A DNA stretch of 64,000 bases. Origin: Epiperipatus broadwayi. Taxonomy: Eukaryota > Animalia > Onychophora. The translations under genes were made by a program, and so were the position numbers. The DNA is taken from NCBI GenBank assembly GCA_028023455.1, contig JAQFVV010000005.1, positions 22,692,001-22,756,000 on the forward strand, in the 5' to 3' direction. Each line of letters begins with the position of its first letter. The stretch's first letter is position 1. Shown here piece by piece: positions 52,045 through 63,641 of this stretch. The notes under the pieces were generated by a model. That model was not told the origin of the DNA. It searched no databases and worked only from the letters and a program-made list of their open reading frames with translations.

Positions 52045-53664
52045 GTGAAATTGTTTTTAATAAGTTTAGTAAATTTGGGAATGGATATTATTAAGAGATT
52101 ATATGAACATAATTATTATACATATCGATTAGGGAATATAGCTTTAGTTAAAGTTAAAAATGGGGTGGGACTAAGGCAAGGATGCCCTATGTTACTTATT
52201 TTGTTTTCGTTGTATTTGAGAGAAATGGAGAGAGCAATAGAAAGACTAGGAAAAAGGGTAGAAATACCATTAATAGGTGATAAGGGAGTATATACATTAT
52301 TGGGTCTTTTATTTGCGGATGATGTCTTCTTGTGCACAGAAAGAAGAGAAGATATAGAAGTTATGCTGAGTACATATGCAAGGGTGGGTAAAAAAATGGA
52401 GATTAAATTTATTGAAACAAAATCAAAAGTAATGATGATTAATACTATGGAAGGAGAAGAGAAAGAATTTTATTGGGGGATATAAAGTTAAGTGTGATAA
52501 ATAGGTATAACTATTTGGGAATCATCTTAAGTAATCAGAGAAATTGTTTGGATGAATGGATGAAAAAATTGATAAATGAAGAAACGAAAGGGATTAATAA
52601 AGAAATTAACAATGTTTTCATATAATAAGTATGCTGTAACTAAAATTATATGGAAGGGAGTGGCAGTAACAGGGGTAACATATGGTAATGATGTATTATG
52701 TGTTAATAAAGAGGTATTAGATAACTTAGAAAAGGTATAAAGAGAAGTAATAAGACATGCATTAGATGCAGATGTGTGGACAGCAAAGAAGGCAGTTCAA
52801 GAAGAAATGGAATGATCAAGTTTTCATATGAGAGATGCAAGAAGCAAAATGAAAATATTCGATAGATTGCAGTTTATGAATAATAAAATAATAGCCAAAA
52901 TAGTATTTAATTGGATTATAAGTAAAGCACAAGCAACAGGATGGATAAGAAAGGTAGTACAGTATGCGGAAAATTTGGATAAAGAATTTATGTCAGTGGG
53001 GTTTATGTCAGTATACTTATACAAAAGTTGGACTGATTATGTTAGGAGAATTGTTGAGTGTTATAGTGGTAAGAAATGGGATAGAAGAATAGATTCATTA
53101 ATAAAGAATAGGGAGTTGGAAAGATGGAGAACTAGTATGAAGAGTAAAAAAAAATTAAATATATGTAGAAATAAATGGAATATTGGGTGTGAGTTAATTT
53201 ATAATAATAGAAAGGAAAGTAGATTACTGTTTAAGGCTCAAACAGAATCTTTAGCAACAAAGGAATATACATATAAATGGAAAAATGTGGGTGATTTAGT
53301 CTGCAAGTTGTGTAAGAAAGGAATAGAAAATATTAGGCATCTGATAATTGAATGTAAATGCTTGAAAGCAGAAGGGGTACAAATATGAAAGTTGTGGAAG
53401 AATAAATATGAAAAAAGTGATTATACAAAAAATGGTTATTGGTTTTTATGCTGTGATTGGGAAAAGATAATGGGGATTTAGATATAAAGGCTATGGAAAA
53501 AAGATTATGTTGTAGAAATGGAATGGAGCAGAATAGAGAAGAATTTGAGAAAACTTAGGGTGGAGAATCGAAAGGGAGGGTAAAGTGGCTAACAGCTTTC
53601 TCTGGGCATAGTGGTTAAGAGATTTTTCACTCTGTATAAGGAGAAGTCACAGTATATCACATCA
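52045..53664 (+). mobile_element. 5'-truncated copy of the APE-RT LINE family
   Basis: ORFs 52045-52485 (LRQGCPM, LFADDVF) and 52828-53388 (CKLCKKGIENIRHLIIEC). Shared 3' UTR with an ATCACATCAT tail. Confidence 0.92.
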
Positions 53665-54604
53665 TTATTTATATTCTAGTATTTCTGTCTGTATTCAAAA
53701 ATAATTCATTTAATCTTTCTAACAACTTTATTTTATTCAAAGAGTTTCAAGATGTACTTGTTAATCCATCCAACATGCCTTATCAACTACTTGTGATTTA
53801 ATCCAGGTCTTACTTGAAAATATTTTTAAGCAGCTGAGGATTTATAAATAAGCTTATCTCTTTTTTTTAAGTAACCAACCCATACCCAATGAAATTATGA
53901 TCAGTCAATGAATAACCAAATATTCTGGATTGGATAGTAAAAGATCTTGATTAATATAGGTCTAGGTACTATAGTGTTCAGACAACTATAATGTGATTCA
54001 GACTTCATTAGTAGTAAGGAGCTGTAATGCTTCTAGAAATACAGAGTCTGTGTTTTATCTTTGTGCTGTATAATTTGATATCATAGTTGATGTCATCAAA
54101 GTTTCAGTTTTATTCAGCCTTTTTTAGCTGCTCAGTTATGAATTATTTCTATTGTGTAGTATTTATATATATATATGCTATATTTTAAAGTTATTATATG
54201 CAAACATTTAATATAACAATTATTATTAAAATATTATATTGTAATGATTATTCAATCAACATTACTTTATTTCATCTCAAATTATTCAACTATATATAAT
54301 GTAGTCATGTGTGATTCAATGTAATGGCAAAGTAACTGTCTAAGTTCCAATATCAATATTCACTTGAATAACATCAATTAAAAAAAAACTCCAGACTAAT
54401 TAAATGAACTGACAGATTTTAAATCTGCTCTTAGGTGGCTGAACATCATTTGATCTTAAATCTCCTAAGTATTTATAATGAATAAACATTTGTCATAATC
54501 GTGTGTGTGTGCTAACTGTGAAATTATATTTTCATTAGTTATATATAAAAAAATATTGAATGATTTATTGATTGGGAATTCATAAAAAGTTTTCCAAAAC
54601 TGAT

Positions 54605-54669
54605 AGGGGGAGCTGAGAATCAAGTATTTTGAGCTTCAGAGACTGTCATTCTACCACTGAGCCAAACCA
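54605..54669 (-). other. Degenerate tRNA-like / SINE-head fragment
   Basis: Minus strand GGTTTGGCTCAGTGGTAGAATG... has an A-box (TGGCTCAGTGG). The B-box and cloverleaf are not intact. Confidence 0.35.
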
Positions 54670-54891
54670 TACTGGGCATTTTAATTGAATGGTTTATTGC
54701 TCAGGAATTCATAAGAAGTAACAACTGGAAATACAATCCATGAACCTTGAACTCTGTATTGCCATTCAACTATTGCATTCAATACTCAGGCCTTCTATAT
54801 TATTATTTTATATACTTTTTAAAATATTTTTTTATTAGCTGTAATAATATTAATTAATATATATTCAACTTTCCTTGATCTTGATTGTTTT

Positions 54892-55004
54892 TTTCTTTCC
54901 ATATGTCAAAGCATCGGCCAGGAAGCGAACCCGCGACAACTGTCTGCAAGCAACTGCTTGCTTGCAAGGCAGCTGTGCTGATCTCTCGGCTACCAACGCT
55001 TGAC
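54892..55004 (-). mobile_element. tRNA-derived SINE (young copy)
   Basis: 16-bp TSD TGATCTTGATTGTTTT at 54876-54891 and 55005-55020. A-box-like TAGCCGAGAG, B-box-like GGGTTCGCTTCC, A-rich tail. CpGs are retained. Confidence 0.9.
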
Positions 55005-55166
55005 TGATCTTGATTGTTTTCTTTTAATTTGCTCAAATTTATTCAATAATTTTTGCAAACATAAAAAAGGAAAAAAAATAAAAAACTAGATCTTTGATTA
55101 TTATTTTTTTACTAATGGTTGTAACAAATGTAGATCTTATGCTGGTTAGGCAACTAGCTTAAAGAA

Positions 55167-55210
55167 TAAACATCACATGATCACTGAGTGGCAATACGTA
55201 TAGAGAGTTT
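55167..55210 (-). mobile_element. 44-bp family-1 mini insertion
   Basis: TSD AG(C/T)TTAAAGAA at 55156-55166 and 55211-55221. Tail AAACATCACATGATCAC is fused to an inverted arm piece CACTGAGTGGCAATACGTATAGAGAGTTT. Confidence 0.65.
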
Positions 55211-56058
55211 AGTTTAAAGAAATTAGTAATTTTATCAGCGCTTGCTTGATTAATACCCAGATTAGCAGAAAGTAAAAAAAGTTATGTTTGTTTAGTTGAA
55301 TGGAACCTTTTTGTTTAACTTTCATTTTGGTATTCAAATATGCATGACTTCTCAAGCAACAGATCATTGATTAGTTTTACATAACTTATACATTCTTATT
55401 ATTATTTATTTTAAGTCAGCTGAGATACATTCTTTCATGGCTTTATTAAGTTCTTTAATTCTGCCATTGTAAGCATGTATTAGATAGTCATCAACAATTT
55501 GGCAAAACAATTCATGGTTTAATGTTTAGAAATAACTATATAAATCTAGGATTGTTCTGAAACTATGATTGAGGCTCCAGTAACAAGAAGGAAGATTAAA
55601 ACCAACTAGATTTATTACTGGCCAAGAAAGGAATCTTATATAAAGTTCATTTCTTATGTCATAGTTGGTTGAATGTCTAGAAATATGAACTTGATTTGAA
55701 ATCTGTCTTAGATGGTGAAATAATGTCATGATTAGTAGTAAATCAGATCTACTTCATCTTTTATTGGTCAAATACTGTAATTAAATCGAGGCTCAATTAT
55801 ACAAAATTTAATTTTCATAGATGTGTTTTTCAGTTTGAATAATGTTTTTGTCAAAATACAATTGTTTTTTTAAATAAATTTATTGTTAAAATTAATTTTT
55901 AATATAATTATAAGTAAGAAAAAATTTGTTTTAAATTTTCAAATTTATTGAAATATATATGGTATATGAGCACAGATTTTCACATGACCCACCACTCTCC
56001 ACTCTATCTCATAACCCTGATACATTTGAACACATATATGTCATAAAGATAAATAATC

Positions 56059-56102
56059 ACCTATATATGTATTTCATGCTAAACCAGCAATCATCAGTTG
56101 GT
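56059..56102 (-). ncRNA. Minimal type-I hammerhead motif, unit 1 (family 3)
   Basis: ACCAA-CTGATGA-T-TGCT-GGTTT-AGCA-T-GAA-ATACATAT-A-TAGGT. Stem II is intact and stem I has one mismatch. Confidence 0.65.
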
Positions 56103-56534
56103 CCAGATTATCATCTCCACACATATATGCAATAAGTGCTCAGATATATATATATTAAGATAGCCAATCTTCATACTTTAATGGACAGGCTTCAATCCAC
56201 TCCACACTCCAACTCTTCAACCATCCATCCAATTGAAAATCTGAATATGAAACACTCAAAGGCCACCCCAAGGCCGAGATCTCATCACACCCATGTTGAC
56301 CTAAAGTCAATCTGACCCCTCATGTACAGGACATAATCCATTTAATACATACACAAAAGATGGGCAGACATCTCTATTACGTAATAACTGAAATACAGGC
56401 TTATTATATACTTGTATCAATATATGTAATATATAGAGTATATGAGCACAAACTTTCACATGACCCATCACTCTCCACTGTATCTCATAACACTGATACA
56501 CTTGAACACATATATGTTGAAAAGATAAATAATC

Positions 56535-56578
56535 ACCAATATACATATTTCATCCTAAACCAGCAATCATCAGTTGGT
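56535..56578 (-). ncRNA. Minimal type-I hammerhead motif, unit 2 (family 3)
   Basis: ACCAA-CTGATGA-T-TGCT-GGTTT-AGGA-T-GAA-ATATGTAT-A-TTGGT. Perfect 5-bp stem I, self-complementary stem III (with G.U pairs), AUA triplet, one mismatch in stem II. Confidence 0.7.
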
Positions 56579-57990
56579 CCAGATTATCATCTTCACACAT
56601 ATATGCAATAAATGCTCAGATATATATATTAAGATAGCCAAACTTCATACTTTAATTGACAGGCTTCAATCCACTTCACACTCCAACTCATTCAACCACC
56701 CATCCAATTGAAACTCTAAAGATGGAATTCTCAAAGGCCACCCTGAGGCCAAGATTTATTGAAGGAAATAAAAAATAATGCTTTTTGCTTTAATGGGAAT
56801 AATATTTTCCCCCCATTAACATAAGTTAAAATCCTTCTAAAACATTGTTAACTATAAAATATATATATTTTATATTTATTAAATAAAACAAATTTCAAAT
56901 CATCAAAAACAATCTAAAAGGTGGGAAAAAAAATAGAATTGTTTCTGCTTGACAAATAAAATGTGAACAATTGCTGTCATTTTATGCAAATTGAGCAATT
57001 TAACTTTGAACCCAAGAATTTTGCATTTTGTTGATAACTTCTGCCATCTATTAATAAAAATCATTTGGGAATTTTTATAGCAAAAGTGCAGTACAAGTAT
57101 TAGTATACAAATCAATCATATGCTGTCTGAAATATATCATGATTTGGAAAATTTAACTAGAAATGTTGCTCTGAGGTACGTGAAATTTTTCAGGAAAAAA
57201 GTTAATATCTTTTTATACACTTTCTGAAAAATGTATTTTTTATATCAAATGAATGTATGTAGAAAATATGAGAAACCACTGCAAAAAGAAATGTGTGTGT
57301 TCTCCAAACAGGAGCATAGTATTCACACAACATAATATTTGAATGCTGTAAAAGCTGTTCCTAGAATATTTGTGTCGCTGTCTTATGTACCACTACACAT
57401 CTTTTCAAGGTTGTTTTTAGAAGGTGTTTTAGATTTAACTTCAATAGATGAGGAAAAATTGTTTATCTAAAAAAAGGACCAAAGACATTTGAACATAATC
57501 ATATTGAGAGGTGTTTAGATAAAAGAAAGAGATTGGTTAGCATTTAATTATTTCTTTTAAAAAGTATAGAATAGAGTAAATTGAATTAGTTTGTGGAATG
57601 TCTGTGTGTATGGTATATAGATTGTAAAGATAATGATTATTTCATAATTATTGCAAATGTGTACACATTGTTTTCTAAATTGTCTCAATTTAATTTTAGA
57701 AAAATCTACATATGTGAATAATAATAATTGCATTTAAAGTAAACAATTTATTGTGTAAATCAACCATTTATATGAAATAGATTATATGTATAAAAAAAAA
57801 ATAGTCTAAAACTAAGTAAGGAAGCATTTTAAGAAGACAGTAGCAGTGCCTCAAAAGTGTGTGCGCTAGGCAAGCACAAAAGGAAACATTGAGAGCGAAT
57901 GATCCATTTGCAGAAATAATACTATTGTTAGTCAAAGCAAATATTTAATTGCCTGAAAAGTTAATTGTTCTCAAAAGCTTATATATATAT

Positions 57991-60140
57991 TGTAACGGTA
58001 AGAAAATTAGAGCTGTTTTAACCTAACCTAAGATGCAGATAGAGGGGGTTCGAACCTCATCTACTCCTCTAGATTGCTACTAAGCGACTTACTCCCCAAA
58101 CCTCACTAGAATTTAATCTTAATGTATGCCCGGTGGTCAGGGAGAGAAGAGACCACAAAAAGGAATTTTTACATATATAATGATCAGATGTACATATGTA
58201 TGTCACAAAAGAAAACAATACTAAGTGATTTTATTTATAGCGAATGACAGATAACAGAAACTTTTATTATTTACATTAAAAAAATTCATACAATGCTTTA
58301 TTAATAGTGTCGCAGGCTATTTTCACTGCAACTGGATAGACACATATGAAAGATCCATTGATCGTAATGATAAGAACAGACAAAATTTTACATTATAATT
58401 TCTTCTTTAAAATATTCCAGCCAATGGAAGTGTTACGTAAAAGAAATCAAGAGAGAGAGATGATTCATTAACTCTATGGATGGTGAACATGGAATTAAAT
58501 AAGTGGTCAAACTCAACTAAACACTTTGGACCAGTTTGAATCATAGCCCTACTGATGATTTAAGAAGAATGATAAAGTGACCCCAGCAGGAATTTCCAGC
58601 TATAATTGAAGCATTTCGATGAGATTTTGAGAAAGATTTCCTAATAAATATAAATATATAAGACCATGCACAAAAGCGATAGCATAGAGTGGGGCTGTGA
58701 GGCTCGAGACATAAGTTACCAAGAGGTTAACACAAGACCGGATAGCTCTCCATCTCTAAACTAGGTTAGAGAGAAAAATGGAACCCGTTCGCTAAACGCG
58801 TGACCCGGATTCAGGATCGGAGTTTTTATTGCTTATGTCCAGTTACGTACATTGAAGGGACTGAGATCGACATGAGATCCAGAACAATTTATTTATTTTA
58901 AGAAGATCCAAATGTAGGTATGTTAACCTAAGCAAACTTGGCCAAAGAAGCACTGTAATATATGTGGAGCGGCCCAGTAGATCACCCAAGGCACGATACC
59001 ATATAAATACGGTCAACGACCTTTAAATTTAAAAAAGAAACCCTCTGCAAAATATATATATTAGGAAAGCTCAACTATCACTGAAAATCTGCAGAAAAAT
59101 AGGAACTTCACCTTTATAAAATATGAATTACTAAAAAAAGACAGGTGGGCGGATATTTTATTTATTTAGTTGAAATTTAACCGACCCACCACTGAGCCAA
59201 TGATATTTAATAATTTTTAATACATATACATATTGTCAAAATGTACTCTCTCTTATTACTAAAATATAAATGCGAACGTTTTATTTCACGCTCCTTAAAA
59301 TCTAACTTTAAATTTGTAACCCTTCATTGACTAAAATATAAAGGCATTTGATAAGGATCTTTCTTTTATATATATATAAAAAAAATCAAATTAAAATCTT
59401 GAAAGTTTTTAAAAATAGGGTTTTGCACTTTCTATGATTTGCTTCCTTTTCTTTCCAAAATATCTATATAAAATAAATAACTTAAACTACTGGAGTATAA
59501 TGGCGGAAAGTTAAACAAAGTATTTTTAAATTAAATTAATAAGAACTATGGCCACCATTATATATCATAACCCATCCCATTACGATATAAAAAAAAAAGA
59601 AAGCAATTAATGAAATATAATTTGACAAGATACGAACACATAGATTTAAAAAAAAACATATATATAGAAAAACATAATTCTAGCTAGAGTGAATTTGTAA
59701 ATTACAAAGAGATTTTTATGTGAATTTATGGTAACGTTACCGGTAACTCGATGGGGTGGGTCAAGATGAGTTCATTAAATGTTTACCGCAAATCTTCTCG
59801 GTTCTTCAACTTTGTTTTTCCATGTTTGAGGGCAGATATTCACGGATACAGGGCAGACACTTTAGTTCTCTGGCTGGCTTACATGATTACAACTCCGGCC
59901 TCAGGAACAGCTCAGGAGAGCGAAGGCAAAGAGGTTACCCCCGCATTTTTGCAGAGCAACACATTTCTGGATTTTTTTATTTATATGCTGAAAGAATAGA
60001 GTGCAGCTTGAAGTAAGTACAGCAAGCAAGAGTTTGCTATATTGTCCAATCTTTCAGCAAAATTTCTTCCAACCAAATTCTTAATATTTCTCTCTGACCT
60101 TCAGCACAGGTTACCCGCAAGCATAAGACCCAGAACAAAA
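57991..60140. repeat. Unclassified CpG-richer, probably mobile-element-derived block
   Basis: Abrupt rise in GC and CpG content after a (TA)n run. It begins TGTAAC. No recognisable protein motifs and no confirmed termini. Confidence 0.35.
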
Positions 60141-61431
60141 GAAAAGTTCTTTATTTATACCCTTTTTTCCATTATGTTTTTAATCTGCTAATTAGTGGCG
60201 AATCATGCCCATTGTTTCAAATTTTTCCTGTTATCTATTTTTATCTAATTCAGAAAAATGTTTTACTAATTAAATTCCTTTTCTTAAAGGATTCTATTTA
60301 ATTAAGAAAATTTATCTTATCGAATTCTTCCAACATATATTTTAAAAATAGTTGCAAATCTAATTTTAACTTTCTATATTTTATTTTATTAAATCTTTTC
60401 TCTATAACACAATTCCTTCTTTAATTTAGGCAACTATTTGAGAAAACAATAAATTTAGTTTGAAAAAGAAACATACATTCACTGTGGTTGGACTTAGGGT
60501 CTTAATTAGTCCACAGTGAATGGTGAAGCCAGCATATATATATTTTTATATATATGCACAGCTTCAATATTTATATATAGCATTAACATGTACGTATGTG
60601 TCAAAAGGCTTGCTAATTCAAATACATAATGTTATAATATTATCCTGCGTGTATGAGAAACTAAACATGCAACTAGAGAATAAATAATAAGAGATTATAT
60701 TTATTTCTTATGAAATTTCAGTTTATTATTTTCTAATCTTATTTATTATTGTTAAGTAATATTTACTGAGGCTGTAACTTTGAAAATATGCATGTAAAAT
60801 GCGATAGTAGGGACCTCTACAGGTGTTTAACCACAAGCTTACGCTATGGAAGAAAATTGTTTTTGTTACTAAATTTATGTTAAGTTTATTTCAAATTATT
60901 GATGCTCTCCTGACTGGTATCAAATTAATACCTTTAGGATATAGCAGTCTCTTAATCATTTTATCAGGAAAGATGTAGATGGAAGATGACTAAAACAAAA
61001 TGTTTTTAAGTATTAGAGATGATTCTATTTTTAATCATACTGAATCAAGACTAGATTGGTGGAACATTTATAGATTTCTATAAAGAAAGTACCATTAATG
61101 CAATGATCCATCCAGTAATCAGATTTACTTTTTTAATGCTCTTTAAAAAATAATAATAATCAAATCATTATGGGTCAAAAGTTGATAAGAAAATTTACAT
61201 AATGTTTGAGTACCAGAAAGGACAGAATTGGATTGTATTCCATCATCCTTAAGATCTAGAGTCTATATCTGGGAGCAATCTCTATGCTACCAAACAGACG
61301 TAGCCTTATATAATTTCACTTGGTAAAATTTATAATACTGTGGCCACTTTGGATTATAGTTTAATAAATTAATAATTCAACCATTATAAAAATATTAACT
61401 ACATATATATATATATTAACTATTTAATTAA

Positions 61432-61625
61432 AGAGAAAGGATTTCCATCTTTAATATATGCACTGCACTGATTTTATAATAGCTCAGTGATGTCATGTTG
61501 AGTATTGAGGATACTCTTAAACACAAGATACTGAATTTGAGAATATTCTCAGTACTCAATATGACATTGTTGACCTATTATAAGATCAGTATAGTACATA
61601 TATTAAAGGTGGAAATCCTTTCTCT
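61432..61625. mobile_element. Foldback MITE with TTAA target duplication and AG...CT termini
   Basis: TTAA at 61428-61431 and 61626-61629. AGAGAAAGGATTTCCA...ATAATAG is inverted at 61575-61625. Inner hairpin at 61488-61569. Confidence 0.8.
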
Positions 61626-61720
61626 TTAATTACATATGATATCTGTACTTAGCAAATAGATTTGAATATTACATATTAACTATTTATATACAGTATAAAT
61701 AAGATATTTACATACCCTAA

Positions 61721-62484
61721 GGTGATGTAGTTGTTTTTACAAATAATGCTTTAGAGCTGCAGGAAATGTTGCAGGAGTTATCAGATGAAAGTAGGACTAA
61801 AGATAAATGTTAAAAAGGCTAAAGTAATGCTTAATGGATTTTTTTAAAATATGAAAATTAAGATTGATTATGAAGAATTAGAAGATGTTAACATTTACAA
61901 ATACCTTGGTCAGATTATTAATACAGATGGAAACATAATATATGAAATTAATCATAGAATTAAACTTGTTTGGAGTGCTTTTGGTAGAAATAACTTGATA
62001 CTAAAAAAAAATATGCCTATGTGTTTGAAAAGGAATGTTTTTAATAAATGTGTTTTACCAGTTCTCACTTATGGATCTGAGACTTGGACACTTAATAGAA
62101 GAGCAATACGTAGACTTCAGACCACTCAAAGAAGTATGGAGAGATGTATGTTTGGAGTAACAAGAAGAGATTGAAAATGCATTATATGAGTAAGAGAACA
62201 AACAGGTGTTACTGACCTCATTGAAAAAAATTAAAAGACTGAAGTGGAGTTGGGCTGGACATATTGCTAGAATAGATGATAATAGATGGACAAGAAATCT
62301 TAAACTGGATTTCAAAAGATTGTAAAAGATCCAGAAAGAGACCACATGTGAGATGGATGGATTAAATAAGAATGTATGCAGGGGTGATGTGGAGCAGAGA
62401 TGCTAAAGATCAGAGAAGATGGATTGAACTTGGAGAGACCATCATCCTGCAGTGGATTAATAATGGTTGTTGATGATGATGATG
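61721..62484 (+). mobile_element. RTE-clade LINE 3' fragment with (GAT)n tail
   Basis: DVVVFTNNALELQEML, YKYLGQ and KCVLPVLTYGSETWTL motifs. The tail TGATGATGATGATG ends at 62484. Homologous to 19445-19918. Confidence 0.92.
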
Positions 62485-63424
62485 GCCTGTTTAGTCCCTA
62501 GACTTGTTTAGCCACATTTGGAGGCAAGTTTCTTTGCAATATTAGTTATCAAGGATAATACATGATAACATCCATCATCGTGGTTGTTGCAAGTACATCT
62601 GCACACTTCTAACTTCCATGAGCAAGTATCCTCTCATCGCTATTTCAGACCAATCCTTCACTTATAATTAATTGTTAGAATTCCTGTTCTAATTGGTTGG
62701 GCCACTAGTATCCTGTTGACATTGTGTAATGTTAATTATCTATAGATGGCCAGTTACTAGCTTCTTTTTAATTGTCACTAATTAATTAAATTATTTTCTG
62801 ATGGAATTTTGTTATCTCATTTGCTCTTTAGGAATTTAATTAAGATTGTTTCCTGGATTAATAATTAATCTTTTAGTAATATTAATTCTTTTATCTACTG
62901 CTTCAATCATTTTTTATTTTACATTATACTTAAATGTATTACTCTACTTTTTATAACTTTAATTGTGTACGTATTTCACATACACACACATATATATAAC
63001 ACAAATGTTAATCTCTATTTCTAGCTATATATGTGTAAGTATTTTAATGTACACATATAAACGTAGCAAGTCTGCCACTGCTGTAAATTGTACAAGGTTT
63101 AAGGTTATTTAAACCATTGAATTGAAAGTTTGAACACCTAAATCTGAATTCAAGTCTACTTGTTTGATCAAGTATAGAGATCTGATACTTGTTCTGCACC
63201 TATATATTTTAATGATGACAATTATAAACTATGACAATATATTAAATGCTTTAAAGAGAGGGGGAAGGGATTAAAAGCTTTTTTGTGTGTGAAAACTATT
63301 CTAAATAATGAGTTGCATCATTTATTTTGTTATATGTTTCTCAAATTAATTAATATAAAATCCCTTAGTTATATTTTATTATTTATTTTTAATATTTTAA
63401 GATCTAATATTTTTTTTTTTGCAG

Positions 63425-63538
63425 AACCTCTCTCCCCTTGTCCTGAAAATGAAATCCTGAAATTAATTGATAATAGGGAAATATGTGAATGTATTGAAGG
63501 GTATGTAAGAGAAAGAAGTGGACAATGTTCACCACCAA
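63425..63538 (+). CDS. Exon J: 4-Cys CPENE-type module
   Basis: poly-T + GCAG acceptor, GTAAG donor. 114 nt, phase 1-1: xPLSPCPENEILKLIDNREICECIEGYVRERSGQCSPP. Confidence 0.92.
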
Positions 63539-63641
63539 GTAAGTGATGTCTTTGTTTATTTTTTTATTAAATCATTAACGTGATATATAACTAAAGGAAA
63601 AATAAAAACATAATAAAAACACAGAATTACTTCTATAAAAC

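Larger units (their letters stand above)
55953..56753 (-). mobile_element. 1.7-mer of a 476-bp non-coding unit, each unit with a hammerhead motif (retrozyme / non-autonomous PLE-like)
   Basis: Anchors TATATGAGCAC at 55963 and 56439, and hammerheads at 56059 and 56535, both give a 476-bp period. 10-bp TSD ATTTATTGAA at 55943-55952 and 56754-56763. Confidence 0.8.

Noticed and set aside
54605-54669. Functional tRNA gene
   Set aside because: An A-box is present, but the T-arm/B-box and acceptor stem are not intact.
57262-57340. Possible extra EGF exon (AG-...HCKKKCVCSPN...)
   Set aside because: The frame runs into TGA with no final Cys and no GT donor at a phase-1 position, and the acceptor lacks a pyrimidine tract.
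59751-60016. Overlapping 82/86-aa ORFs as a small gene
   Set aside because: There are no recognisable motifs or splice context; they are explained by locally higher GC.
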